A stretch of 64,000 bases of DNA. Source: Octopus sinensis (lineage: Eukaryota). The position numbers were made by a program, and so were the translations under genes. The stretch's first letter is position 1. Each line of letters starts with the position of its first letter. The notes under the pieces were generated by a model. It searched no databases. It worked only from the letters and a program-made list of their open reading frames with translations, and was not told where the DNA came from. Positions 13,346 to 28,076 of the stretch are shown here, piece after piece. The stretch is taken from positions 46,128,001-46,192,000 of the forward strand of contig NC_043004.1 in the NCBI RefSeq assembly GCF_006345805.1, read 5' to 3'.

Positions 13346-14076
13346 CGCAGGCTCGCGCACGCACGCGCTTGCGCCGGTTCGCGTACGCATACGCTCCGCA
13401 GGCACCTCGCTCTTGGAACCGACAAGACCTCCCGCCCGTTCCTGGGACCGTCGCGTGTCGTTGGGTTTTCCCACGCCCGCCTCCGCGGGACCACTCTTCC
13501 ATCTTCCCCTCAGCTGGAGTCCTTTTTCCTTAACCCCCCCCTTTTCGTTACACACACACGCGCACACATATACACACATTGCTTAAATATATACATTACT
13601 CTTACACACATTCAATCTACTCGCCATTTATACCACCACGACACTGGACACACACACACACTACTACTCAACAAAGCTGGCACGCTACATACGCCCCCCA
13701 CCCCCTTCCCCTCCCTCCCTTCCTCCTTCCTTCTTTTTCTTACTACTGACCTTTGTCTGCTAAGCTGACCACTATCTCGCCCTACCTCACACGCCTACAC
13801 ACAGACGCACACACTAACACACACATATATATTTTTTTGTTTTTTCATCTCGCCTCACACACACACATACACACGCACACGCACACACTCACACATACAC
13901 ACACATCTGTTGCGTTACCAACCTTGTCTCCCTCTTTTGCCTTTAAAAACCCACTTTGCTCTGTTTTCGTAAACATCCGCCTTTCACCATGTGCAACTCG
14001 TAAACACCAGTCGTCTTTTTTCTCTTTCCCTGTTGCCCGCTCTGGGATCTTTCTTTCCTCTCTCTTCCTTCTTTAT

Positions 14077-14111
14077 GTTTCCGACGAAGAGCTCCGCTCG
14101 AAACGTCATAC
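14077..14111 (+). ncRNA. Minimal hammerhead motif, family B copy 2 (within repeat about 14030-14199)
   Basis: GTTT-CCGACGA-A-GAGC-TCC-GCTC-GAAAC-GTC^ATAC. U4-to-C core variant. Confidence 0.6.
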
Positions 14112-14443
14112 CTCCCTGCTTCCTTTTCCTGAGCGCCTATTAATAATAATACTGTAATTGTTCCATTGTTGTTGTTTTTTTGTTTCCCGTTTGGATTAAA
14201 ATTATATATATATATATATATGAATTGAAAATGTCAAAAATAAGGTATTAGTCCGTAGTAGCAATACCATTACCTTTAATTCTATAATTATATACTGCCT
14301 TTTTTTTGACCAACACATATTTCAATTGCACCACTACTATAAAACGCGGCAGTCTCTTCAGGGACATAATTTCATATGCCTCGGTATGGCCATTTAATGA
14401 TTTTCTTTTATAAACACTGCATTGTATAATGTAGAGTTATCCG

Positions 14444-14502
<59 letters not shown>

Positions 14503-15396
14503 AATATATATATATATATATATAAATGTGTGTGTGTGTGTGTGTTTGTGTGTGAGCATGTGCGTGTATGTTTCTGTGAATGTGTGCACGTGTGTATAAG
14601 GGTGTGTTTTTGGTTGAATTCATCTGTCTGACTGCCTGTCTCTATGTATGAGTCTATGATAAAATAGATACGTAGGTTTCAGCCAGAGGCTGTGGTAGTT
14701 CTGGGGAACAAAATTAAATGGCTCACGGGAAAGAACGCACCGAGTCAATGACAAGAGTTTAGATAAGACCTAAGGTGAAATATTGACGATCGTCTCAACT
14801 CAGATTCTCACGTAACTGCCTTCGGGTGTTTAAAGTTTTCTGCTTAAAGAAAACAAAAAAAAAAAAGAATTTTTGGCGAGTCAAATTTTTATTTATTCTC
14901 AACATGCAAACAGTACACTAAGTCAATATGCTAAATCTGCAATAGTGAAATCTTCTCAAATTTTACATCTCAGTCTAATCCTAAATGACTTTCAAACATG
15001 CCATATCTTTTTCAATTACTTGTTTCGTACTCTCAGCTTATTATGAGCCTAATACCTACATAACCTTGTCCATCATTCGTAATCTATTTACAATATTTAC
15101 CGCTGTGATATATCAAGTGAATTTGTTGACTAAATCCATTTTGTTGTTTTACCTTTTCTATATAATTAAAAATTATCATAATTCTGAGGATAAATTCATA
15201 TCGATGCATAATAGTCTACAGACTTCTTTGGAGAAATTGTACTGCATTATCAAGTAACTGAAGTAATGTTTCTAATCCAACAGATATTAAGAAACCTATA
15301 CAATGATTTTGAACTCTTAAGATAATGACAGACTCGGTGATAAAATGTACACGAAAGTAATTAGCGATTGCATACATAAGTACACATACACACATA

Positions 15397-15690
<294 letters not shown>

Positions 15691-16006
15691 ACATATATAT
15701 CGTTGTGTCGAAGTAAAGATTATTTGAAAGTTTTGTCATTTTAAATTGTTTACCAAATCGTTCTATCAAAACGATTCTAAAGTGTGACATTTTGAATGCA
15801 TAATTTAGTCACTTACAACTTTCATGTGCGACAGTGACGACAAACAAGGTTAAAGGCATATAGCATTCTTAGAAGGCGTGGCTGGGAAAAAAACTATTGC
15901 GTTTCCAACACGGTATGTCCATAAGTGATATATTCTTGGAAATACTAAGGTAATTTTTTACTTTAAGTGTATTATACATGTATGTGTGTGTGTAAGTAGA
16001 TATGCA

Positions 16007-16037
<31 letters not shown>

Positions 16038-16067
16038 TGGGAGGGGGGAGAGATGGATAAATATGTA

Positions 16068-16423
16068 TACTCTTTTACTCTTTTATTTCAGTCATTTGAC
16101 TGCGGCCATGCTGAAGCAACGCCTTTAGTCGAGCAAATCGACCCCAGGACTTATTCTTTGTAAGCCCAGTACTTATTCTATCGGTCTCTTTTGCAGAACT
16201 GCTAAGTGACACATGCTAGGGGGACATACACAGATACACAAACACACACACACATACATATATATACATATATACGACAGGCTTCTTTCAGTTTGCGTCT
16301 ACCAAATCCACTCACAAGGCATTGGTTGGCCCGGGGCTATAGCAGAAGACACTTGTCCAAGATGCCACGTAGTGGGACTGAACCCGGAACCATGTGGTTA
16401 GTAAGCTACTTACCCCACAGCCA
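16068..16423 (-). mobile_element. tRNA-derived SINE, family 1
   Basis: Reverse complement of the 8921 copy (head GGCGCAGGAGTGGCTGTGGGGTAAG). Confidence 0.9.
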
Positions 16424-16660
16424 CTCCTGCGCCTATATTTATGTATGTTTATATATATACACATTTATATATATACATATTTATGTATATACATATTTAT
16501 GTATGTGTGTGTATGTGTGTGAGCGCGTGTGTGTGCATGTGTGTGTGTGGGGCTTGCTATATCTATTTACCTCTCTACATATCATTAAAATAATTTCTAA
16601 TCATATGATTAGGGAGGCATTGACAGTAATATCTTAGCATCATACCCCAACCAGTTGTAT

Positions 16661-17089
16661 TGGCTGATGGGTGTGTGGTAAATAGCTTGTTTACCAACCA
16701 AATGATTCCGGGTTAACTCCCAGTGTGTAGCACCTTAGGCAAGTGTTTTTTTCTATAATGTCGGGTCGACCAAAGACTTGTGACTGGATTTGGTAGGCGG
16801 AAACTGAAAGAAGCCCGTCGTATATATGTGTATATATATATATATATGTGTGAGTATGTGTGCGTTCGTGTGTATGTGTGTCTGTATGTTTGTGTGTCTG
16901 GGTTTGTCCCCACAACGTCGCTTGAAAACCAATGCTGGTGTGATTACGTCACTGTAACTTAGCGGTTCGGCAAAAGAAATTGATAAAATAAGTACTAGGC
17001 TTCTATAGAATAAGTCCTGGGTTCGATTTGCTCGACTAAAGGCGGTGCTCCAGCATGGCCACAGTCAAATGATTGAAAGAAGCAAAAGA
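16661..17089 (+). mobile_element. tRNA-derived SINE, family 1 (diverged)
   Basis: Same head, internal microsatellite and tail as the 8921 copy. Confidence 0.85.
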
Positions 17090-18029
17090 CTATACATATC
17101 CATGTACTTATACATATAAAACTACACCACATCATGAGACCTCTCTTGGTGGATATTACATGTAGTTGGCTGAGAAACTACATAAGCGTTTTCTTGCTAC
17201 CTAGTACAATCGACACGACCTTTTAGCTACCAATAACTACATATCATACAGTAGGTTTTTGAGAGTTTGTTGTACTTTCTGTGGACCCATCACTGTATTG
17301 ATGAAATAATGCAAACTGCCAAAAACGTGGCTTGAAGTTCGCCACTTTAATGAACTAAGCATTATATAAAATATATGATTTACGATCAATCTATAGTATA
17401 TGGTTATTCTCTATAACAGTCTGCCTATTTAATATTTCTTCAATTACAGTTTACTATCGCTTCGAATATTTTCTCTCGTGTATTCAGAAGATAGTGCAAT
17501 TTTACTTAATTCATTAAAAGTTGATTCAATGGCTAATTCAGCTCTATTTCAGATAAACACCTAAGCCAATGTTATTAAAGAAACGTAATAGCCTATTTCA
17601 TGATTAGCACTCCGTTTAAAAGAATCCTCAGTGAAGCCAATTTATCTACTTATTAATGGTTCCAGAGTTCACTTACGAAACTTTAAAATTGATTTTCTGT
17701 TTTCTTACCGTGAAAATAACGGATACATGTTGCTAAAGGCTATCTAGAATAAATACGTAATATTTACACAGAAACCTATCTATAGATGTATCACGCAAAT
17801 GTATATGCATACATATAGACAGAAATACATACATACGCAAACACACACACACACACGCACACAGACACAAACACACATATACATATACATATATACATAT
17901 ACACACATTAACGCACAAACGAACATGTATATAAATTATCGGTAAGTTGTTCATAAGTCTGACAAAAGCACACTCTTTTTGTGTATGAGTGCGTGTGTCT
18001 GTAAATGTCTTCCTTTACTAAACTAATCA

Positions 18030-18087
18030 TATCTCTATCTATCTATTTATCTATCTATCTGTCTATCTATCTATCTATCTATCTATA

Positions 18088-18129
<42 letters not shown>

Positions 18130-18130
18130 A
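18030..18130. repeat. (TATC)n microsatellite
   Basis: Direct observation. Confidence 0.95.
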
Positions 18131-18379
18131 GTTCCTGCCTATAAGTACATATATATATATATATATATATATTTCAATAGATAGATAGTTAGACAAAATG
18201 ATAGATAGATATAGATAGATACATACATATATGCATATAAACGTGCATGTATATATGTATAAATATACGTATATGTTTATATATATATGTGTGTGTGTGT
18301 GTATGTGTGTGTGTGTATACAAATATACTACAGTGGAGCTAATGAAAGATTGCATGTTTTCATTCCTATTTTCCTTTTA

Positions 18380-18430
<51 letters not shown>

Positions 18431-18464
18431 CACATACATATGTATGTATATATACATATATATG

Positions 18465-18506
<42 letters not shown>

Positions 18507-19778
18507 TTGTATGTATACACACACAGGCAAACGAACTCATGTATATATGTATGTATGCTCAGTAATTATATCTCCATCGTTATCTAGTAATTCATCTTCT
18601 CGCCTTGTCTCTGTATATATGTGTCTATTTATGACTTTGCGTTAGAGTATATGTATGCATAAACATGTGCCAGCCACATATGTTTGCGCGCATATATAAA
18701 TGCTTGCCTTTATGTGTGTCATGTACGTTTATATCCACTAATAAATATTGGTAATACAATATAATGTATAAAATCAGGATGATTAAATACGTTTCAACTG
18801 AAAGGGAAATTAACTGCAAATACCTACTAAATAATCAGTGAAGCAACATGAACATATAGCTATTAGATTACGAGTATAGTTTGCCCTTTTTCCTACAGAA
18901 GTCCTCTCTGAAATTTTCTTGCTTATTGACAATTAGTGTTACGTCCATAAATCTTTGCCGTTTCTCCAGAATTTCTTCATTATGTTATAGAAACACGCGC
19001 GTACACATAAATAATATTTTTACTCATATACAAATTCATCTGCATGTACATACTTACATGTTTGTATATACATACACATTATGTATGTGTTCATGCTCAC
19101 TCACAGAACACATACACAAGGATATATACATATCATTAAATAACAATTAGACTGCGATCCATGCAAATTAATTTTCTGTAGGCACGTAGAACGAACCTGT
19201 CTCGTCAGGCACCTAGAGATGACTTACATACATATTGATATTTCTACGCATATAACGAACCAATATATGCACTTTTGTATTTCTCTCATGTATGCACACT
19301 CATGCAAGTTCACAAACAAGCAAGCAAACAAGTAGAAACATACCTTTCTTATTTGTCGAAGACAAAACGATGCATAATGAAAATATGATGAAAATGTATA
19401 TTCAATTACACAGTTAAAACGGCCCCCTCTATATCCGTACATTGGTTAAAATGATGCAATCACGTGTGTTTGTATGTATTTTCGTTCGGCAGCCTAACAT
19501 CCAGAAATTATGCGACCAAAAACTAAATGTATAAATAAAATAAAAATTACTGGGTCTCTTGATAAACTAGATAAGCGTTTTGAGAAACAGGTAATAAGGA
19601 TTTCACATTTTCTCTCCACACAAGCTAATAAGGGGAAGCACTGCTAGTCTAATACATCGAAACCAGTATTCAACGGGTACTTATTATGTTGACTCCGAAA
19701 AGATTAAAGGCAAAGTCTGGGTGCTGTTGACTCTGCCAGCTCGTCGGCTTAGACAAGAGATAATAAAATATACCAAAG

Positions 19779-19920
19779 GCGCGTGTATGGCTTCCCAACC
19801 ACATGGTCTCGTGTTCAACCACGACTTAAGTCTTTGAGAATATGTTTTCTATTAAGGCCCACGGGGGACTCAAAGACTTGTGAGTGAAATTTCCAGAAAA
19901 CCGGAAGAACCGTACTATGT
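19779..19920 (+). mobile_element. Diverged SINE family 1, 5' half
   Basis: CTTCCCAACCACATGGTCTCGTGTTCAACC...GACTTGTGAGTGAAATTT matches the family 1 head. Confidence 0.6.
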
Positions 19921-20444
19921 ATGATATATATATTATATATATATATATATATAATATATATATATAAGTTCTATATATATATATATATATATGAGCAAAA
20001 CGGCCCCCGTCCAATGGACGGTGCTGAGTAGTCAAACATTTAAGGCAAATTTTCTCAAAACAACTTGTCCGACTGTCCCATAGGCCTCCTCTTTGAGAAA
20101 CACTGATTTAACCTAAATTTGAGACACCGTGCATTTTTCTCGCGTACGCGTAGTATCAATCGCAACAGCTGATGTACTTGTGCGTAGAAATGCACGTTCC
20201 CACGGCTTTATCGATCACATTCTCACCTAGAATCGATTTTTGTAATGTTTTCAAGACTTATACACGCCCTGATACTGTCGGCACCTACATATCAAATTTG
20301 AGCGCAATCGGATGGAGGATGCCCGAGATCCTTGAAGACACACACACAGACAGACAGAACGGATTTTATATAATACACACACAAACACAGATATATATAT
20401 ATATATCATCTGTCTTCCCTTCTCTGGATCTTTCCTTCTTCTAT

Positions 20445-20479
20445 GTTTCCGACGAAGAGCTCCGCTCGAAACGTTAAAC
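20445..20479 (+). ncRNA. Minimal hammerhead motif, family B copy 3 (within repeat 20409-20577)
   Basis: GTTT-CCGACGA-A-GAGC-TCC-GCTC-GAAAC-GTT^AAAC. Stem I is GTTT/AAAC, with palindromic ACGT stem III. Confidence 0.65.
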
Positions 20480-21202
20480 CCTCCTTCTTTCCTTCTTTCC
20501 TGAGCGTCCAATAATACTATATTTGTTCCAAGTCCTCGCGTTGTTATGTTTTTTGTGCTTTCTTGTTTGGATTAACTATATATACATATACATATACATA
20601 TATATATATATATACACGTATGTATATATTTGTGTGTGTTTGTGTTTTGTGACCCTGTAATTTGTGTATATAGTCGTGTCGTATAAAGACATATGCATGT
20701 CCATATGCATATTTGAGGCTGTAGATGCATTTGCATATATATTCCTGTCGTACATTTATTTGTATATGTATATTATTTATTTTGTGTATGCATATGTTTC
20801 TCGTAGCTATGTTATGTGTTTTAGTTATGTATGCATACATATGTTTGGGAGTGCACTAATGTATGTTTCTCTATAGCAGGTATGTATATTAATAGATGTA
20901 TAAATATACAGCTGGGTCAGTGTTGCAGTGTATTTATATTTTTATTTTATTATTTCTTAATTTTTTTAGCATACTAAATCTTATAGAAATATGTTCCCTA
21001 GCTACATGTGTTGACTTAAGTACAGTTTATTGAAACAACGCATTTGAAGGGCGTCTGGCCTTTAGTCCCATTTGGAAATAACAGTTGGTCAAAACTATAA
21101 AGCTTCTGTTTCCAACAGAATTCATACATATAATACTGTGTTTTATTGCTTATATACATTTTTAAACACCTTCAAAATATTGTTTTGTTGAATCCTACTA
21201 CC

Positions 21203-21372
21203 CATACATATATATGACGGGCTTCTTTCAATTTCCGTCTGCCAAATCCACTCACAAGGCTTTGGTCGGCATGAGGCTATAGTAGAAGACACTTCCCCAA
21301 GGTGCCACTCAGTGGGACTGAATGCGGAACCATCTGTTTGGTAAGCAAGCTACTTACCACACAGCCACCCCT
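21203..21372 (-). mobile_element. SINE family 1, 5' half
   Basis: Reverse complement of the family 1 head up to the internal microsatellite. Confidence 0.85.
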
Positions 21373-21559
21373 ATAAATAAAGAATAACCTTGTATGTGCA
21401 AACAGAATTGAAGCATTGGTGTAACAATGATGTTCTGGTGATCTGAACGGCTAGACTTCTGTATCCGCATTTATTTGTAATTGTAGAATTATACTATAAA
21501 ATATGTAGCATGCATACTGTTACAAACAATTTATTACACAATGAAATTATTATTACATG

Positions 21560-21782
21560 ATAAAGGCTGCAAAATGATTCCAGCATTGTCTTTGGAAAAA
21601 TTTCTTCAAGAAATCCCGAGTAAACGCCCTCCACCCGGATATGTCTCCCTAAACAGTAACTCTCTCCTCGAGTAGGCCGTGTTGTCCGATTCCTAACTTG
21701 AAGGACTTTGCCAGGTGGTGCTATTAAGTTAGAAAAGGCCTGGGCCAATACTGGTCGAATCCTATCAAAGTATCAAAGTATG
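21560..21782 (+). mobile_element. Possible non-LTR retrotransposon 3' end
   Basis: Peptide SLEKFLQEIPSKRPPPGYVSLNSNSLLE* resembles LINE ORF2 C-termini (LDKFL..IPD.P..PGY...NSL), followed by a (CAAAGTAT)2 tail. Clade uncertain. Confidence 0.4.
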
Positions 21783-21834
21783 ATTTATTTACACACACAC
21801 ATATATATATATACATATATAAATACACACACAC

Positions 21835-21877
<43 letters not shown>

Positions 21878-22203
21878 CATACATACATACATACATACAT
21901 ACATACATACATACATACATACATACATACATACATACATACATACATACAACATATGGTTGCGTGCATATACGAAAATGCGCAACATATGTTTATATAA
22001 ATATAAACATATGACTATCAAATTGTATGGTATAATGCAATGCATATATTTAATGCAGACATGTACGCATAATTTGATGCTTACTGAAATATATACTATA
22101 GACAGAAGTTTGCGAAACACCTGTATTCCTACAAAAGTCATGTCGTTAATAACCTCTCAAGCATCTGACTATATTTCTATATACATACATACATATAAAT
22201 ATA

Positions 22204-22315
<112 letters not shown>

Positions 22316-22659
22316 GTATGTATATAGTCATATAAACATATATTCATTGCTGGTTAAGTTGCTGCTGTGATAGGTTTATGATCCTCTTCCCACCCCCTTC
22401 TCTTTATCGTTGCCCTGACGGACTTTGAAACTTTTCAAGCGCAAGCTTACCCTATTTTCTCCGCTAGACTGATACTCTTTTCTAACATAGCAATGTATTG
22501 TTATTATACACATACATGCCTCAACTGTTTCTTGCAGACTAGCGTGGTCTCTTTTGAAAAAAAACACGCTACTTTCTGTTTTTATCTTTAGTTCACTGCC
22601 TAGTGAACTATATCTTCCAGCTTGCTCACATTTTTCACATAACACCTCCCACTCGCCGC

Positions 22660-23415
22660 ACACAAATCACTGTCTATAAAACTTGTGTCTTGACTGCACT
22701 TCTTTATTCGAGTGGGACGTGGACGACTAATAGGTGTCAAATGAAAATGCTGGCGAGATTTCATCCAAAGTATTCACTCTTATCTTGCAAGTCAAGTGGG
22801 AATGTTTTATACCAGATACAGAAGTTTTGCGCATGACACGTTGTCGCTCAATTGAACAACATCTCAAATGACATGGATTGGGCATATTATTAAAATGAAA
22901 GTTGAGCAATTGCCATAGAAACCGTAAAATGGTGGGCTCAACTCTGGTAAACTATTACAACGTAAGCCGATGGAAAGGTATAATGACTTGTGTGAAGGAG
23001 AACCTAAAGAAACTAAATATGAACAAAAGTGACTGGTAAAATGATTTTCTAGATCGCAACAAGAGCAGAGGTGCCGTTTGGACTGGTTGCAATGCCTGGG
23101 AAGAAAAGATGATTCAGCACTGTCAGTTTCCAAGGGCTTGTCGCAAAGGAATGATGGAAATTGAAATCAACAATGGATATTGGATATGTATTATGTGTGA
23201 TCCTGTTCCGTTGTGAAATGCAGGATACTTGAATCATATGAAGTCACATGAAAATCGAAATACTCAAGTAGGTAATAATCTGGAACGTCAAACGCCTCTT
23301 CTGAGTTGTGTCATATGTCACAAACTTGTAAGACACTATCTGGATTTTAAACATATGTTAGCTTATAAAAACATTCCTTCAGAATCAGATTCCAAAGGTA
23401 TTGAAGAAACATGAA
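22660..23415 (+). mobile_element. RTE-clade LINE 3' fragment (degenerate)
   Basis: TQITVYKTCVLTALLYSSGTWT, RFHPK, ILQVKWE, WIGHIIKM and a C-terminal C2H2-like CIMCD...GYLNHMKSH. Confidence 0.75.
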
Positions 23416-23585
23416 TAATATCCATTGCTTCTGTTTTAAGCCTTGTCAGTCAGCAGTTGGTTTGGTTTTAGGTCATCTCAGGGCTCATCAACAGAGTGAT
23501 TGTGATTTGTGATGTGGTGTCTGTGTGTTGATTGGACGGCTACTGTCTGTCAACATGAAGCAATCATCATATATACATATACATA

Positions 23586-23681
<96 letters not shown>

Positions 23682-23773
23682 GTATACACACACACACAAA
23701 CATATGACCTCGTGAGTACCGCTGGCGATTTTTTTCCTCTGTCTTCCCTTCTCGGGATCTTTCCTTCTCCTTT

Positions 23774-23808
23774 GTTTTCGACGAAGAGCTTCGCTCGAAA
23801 CGTTAAAC
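23774..23808 (+). ncRNA. Minimal hammerhead motif, family B copy 4 (within repeat 23737-23917)
   Basis: GTTT-TCGACGA-A-GAGC-TTC-GCTC-GAAAC-GTT^AAAC. Confidence 0.55.
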
Positions 23809-26800
23809 CCTCCTTCTTCCCTTCTTTCCTGAGCGTCCAATAATACTTCATTTGTTCCACGTCCTCAGGTTCTTGTGTTTTTTTTGTTTTTTTGGTGTTT
23901 TCTTATTTGGATTAACTGTATATATATATACAATATATGTAAATCTGTCTGTCTATCTATATACATATATATCATGTATATGGATAGAGAGAAAATGAGT
24001 GAGAGAATGATGAACAGAATGGATGAGAAAAAACATTGTGCGTAATGTAGACGATAAAATGGTAAAATAAATATATGCAAACAGAAAGGATATGAGTGCA
24101 CCATGTTTTGTAAACAGAACAATGCTGGCAGAATACTGGGATGGTAAGGAAAAGAAAACGGAAGCTTCTAGAATTGGAATATTAAAGCAACAATAAATAT
24201 GCTGTTATTACAGAAAAGATTATAAATAATATTGTTTATTTGTTATATATTTTTCTTATATGCACCGAGTGCATTTTTTTCTCTGCTATTATTTCGCAGT
24301 AAAATACGGAAGGAATTATTCCAAGAATATTGTCACGATTATCCGGTAGAATAGCCACCATAAATTTGATTATAGAAGCAAATGTCAGAAAAGATGATTC
24401 TGTAAGAGATGACTAACTAAGGAATAAGTAATAGATATAACAGAAATCAAGTGGAGAGAAAGAAATTCTGCTTCGCTTAAATAATACCAAAGAAATATCC
24501 AATCAATCTTCAATGTTTTGTCTATTTTAGTAAAGAAGATTTGTTTTCGATCGTTCAATATTATAGGCACACTTTTAATTTACCTACCTAAAATTTCGAT
24601 TATTTAATCTAACGTGCATTTCATATTTCATGTTTGGAAACTTAATTTTGAAAATTCCATTTCAAAAAAATATAGCTGTATACACTTCGGCCGTAATGAA
24701 ACAGATTTACAATCAACGTTATTTGAGCGTTCATAAATTCATAGGTCAATAGACTACGGCTACAGTGGAGCATATGGAAGGGTTTTAGCTGAACTAATCA
24801 ACCCCAGTATTCATTATTTAAACCTAGCGTTTATTCTCTTGACCTCTTATACAGAACCACAAATAACGTGGACGCAAAACGATTAACACCTGTTGACAAG
24901 GCGGAGGCCATACACAAAGACACATACACAAATAAACTTATACGTATGTTTATAAAGGACTTCTTTTCACAAGAATATGGTCGGCCCGGGGCTATACACT
25001 TGCTCAAGGTTCTGTAAATTGCGGCTAATACCGTCTAATACAGCTCTCATTTTCGAAAGTCAAGAGGGTCTTTTTTGAGGGAATTTTGAATGATTGTCGC
25101 TAGTCTTTTAGGAAAGCCTTACACACATTTCTACTAACGAACATTCACATAGTTAATTCTGTTGTTTTCATCAAGCAGTGTTTGGACATGATTTTCTAGA
25201 CAATACACTCAATAAAAATAGATAACGGAATTATACACACGCTTGCTATATATACTTTTTGTTAAAATGGATTTATAACTTTATATCAATTAAGAACACG
25301 ACTATAGGAATAAACTGTAACTCATTAGTTAGCTTATCAGTCAGTAAAAGTAATTGCGTATTTTCCAAAATTCACAGAACAAAGCTCGTAACACCTCATT
25401 AGCGACTCATACCGGTGTGACTCCCCATATCTCCCATTCTATCTCATAAATACATGCGTACGTACATACATACATAAGTACACACATCTTTGCATACAAA
25501 TATGCATATATACACGTAAATATATATAGTTTTAAATACAAGTTAAAATGTATACGTATATGCGTGTACATACATGAGTGTATATGCGTCTATATATGCA
25601 TGCGTATATACATCTGTATATATATATGAGCATATGTGTGAGTGAGTGTTTGTGATGTGTGGTGTGTGTGTGTGTGTGTGTATGAAATCGAATTTGCCTC
25701 CTATATATGTTCCGTTCCACTTCGTGTATATTATTTTTACAGGGGCCAACAAATCATTCTATATTGCAAAAAGGGTTTATCCGTTTTTTCTATAGACAAA
25801 TATATTGAAAAACATTAGAATAAATACAAATGGCTTTTACAAGGTCAATTAACTTTCGTCCCCACGTTTATGATATTGTAGATTATTGTTAATGTCTTCA
25901 CACCAGTGAGTATGACTCTCTATATTTATATTACCTTCAAACACTAACCTTGAAACACAAATACGATTCGTTTATGATCAGCCACTACTTGTGTATCAAA
26001 AACTCGCTGAAGCAAATGGGAGGCATTTTTTTATGACAGACGTCTTGAAAGCCATAAACTACGTCCAATAAAATGTATTCCTTGTTAAAATGCTCAGCTT
26101 TGGTTTCTATCTTGGCACTAGAGTAAGGTTATTGTGTTCCTTTCATCAGAAATGATATGAAGTGTCTTCTGTCAGAGTATTTGGCTGTCAGTCTTACTCT
26201 TTTATTTCTATGAATGCACGCGTTCCATTGTTGTATTTACTGGAACAAACTTGTATACAAGTTTACTAAAGATATCTTTGAAAGACCCAACCCGCAAGTT
26301 ATCTGTACGCTATTACGCTCTCTTTTCTAGGATTACCTTAACTCATTAAAGAGATTTCAAAAACATTCCCCGATATTAACATAACAAGATATTCATTTTC
26401 AGCAATATCATAACATAGTCAGTACAACACGATCAGTATACTTATCAGTGAAACAATATATTTTATGAACCTCGTAATAAAAACATGGTAAGATCAGAGG
26501 GGAAAGCACTTGTTTTCAATACACGAATGACCAAAGAAAGGCTAGAATAAATTCCGATTTCCCATTTCTTCAATAGAACCGACCTAGCCGCGCTTTTATA
26601 CACAAGTAAGATGTGATGAACAAAAAAGGACGAAATGCTGTGACTGCTGCAATGTCGATGACAAAGGAATGTTCTATGCTAGATATGATATTGCAACAGC
26701 AAATCCAAAAGAAAGAAATCTGAGTATGAAATCAAGGTAACGATGCAATTCTGGAACAACAAAATCACAAAAATTTGCTGATCCTGAGCGCTCTCAAGAC

Positions 26801-27360
26801 TCATGTATAGTATAGCGGATACACCCATGCAATAGTCAAGTTGTATCCAGGGTATTGGAAACGACATCTTCGAAGATTGTCAGAACGATAGACTTGTTAT
26901 AGTTAAAAGTGTCAGCCCCAAATTCAAAAAAGGCATTTGCAGGAAATTGAAGACTGGAAGTGTATTGTAAACAGCGATATATAACTACATTTCATAGTCT
27001 GGGCGATAGATCAATAGTACGATAAAAGGGTAAAAATAACATTTGCTATAAACACCTCGTTTCTCACGTATCAATTGATTAATGTCCTCTTCAGTTTACG
27101 ACGTTCATGTTAATACACCTAATAATATTGCTATTAAAAGTTAGACGAAACCGCTGCAACCTACATAATCAGTTGTTTGAAAGCATTTGAAATAATTCCC
27201 TCAGATTAATTGGTGAATATTAAATCAATATCACTCTACAGACGTTGGTCTACAAATGAAACGTCTTCCTGCTTCAGTCTCGTTCACAATAGTTATATTG
27301 TCCTATTTGCTCTTTCGTCTTTGAGAAAGGGAAGTAGGCGCAGGGATAGTTCGATAGATA

Positions 27361-27593
27361 TATTTCTTTATTAACCACAGGGGTGCTAAACATAGAGGGG
27401 ACAAACAAGGACAGACAAAGGGATTAAGTCGTTTACATCGGATCCAGTGCATAACTGGTACTTATTTAATCGACGCCGAAACGATGAAACGCAAAGTCGA
27501 CCTCGGCAGACTTTGAACTCAGAACGTAACGGTAGACGAAATAGCGCTCAGCATTTCGCCAGGCGTGCTAACGACTGTGCCAGCTCACCGCCC
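27361..27593 (-). mobile_element. tRNA-derived SINE, family 2
   Basis: Minus-strand head GGCGGTGAGCTGGCAC...B box GAGTTCAAAGTC, body GGTCGACTTTGC..., tail TTTGTCCCCTCTATGTTTAG. Confidence 0.85.
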
Positions 27594-27833
27594 TTAGTTC
27601 GATACATATATTAAGTTCGATACACATATTAAGGTAAATGTAAACAAGAAAGAGCAACATACGAATTAAGTATACTGCGTATCGCTTTATGTTGTTAGGC
27701 ATATAGATTTTTTTATGCGGCCTAGACATAGAGAGATTTATCATAAATGTATATGATAATGTTAACGCACAAATCACAGCGCACGTTTACGTATATATTA
27801 AGCAACTGAAATTAAAATTTCTGTATGAATACA

Positions 27834-27879
<46 letters not shown>

Positions 27880-28044
27880 ATAATATATATATATATATGC
27901 ATATATGTATGTGTGTTTTCATATGTATCTTCATACATGCATACATACATATATATATATATATATACACATACATACATATATGTATGTATGTATGTGT
28001 GTGTTTTCATATATATCTACATACATACATATGTATATATATGC

Positions 28045-28076
<32 letters not shown>

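Noticed and set aside
12357-13768. Three overlapping 350-410 aa His/Thr-rich ORFs
   Set aside because: Translations of CA repeats, with all three frames open.
20040-20380. Repeat ending ACAGACAGACAGAACGGATTTTATATA, Helitron-like in appearance
   Set aside because: Single copy in the window, and terminal hallmarks were not verifiable by eye.
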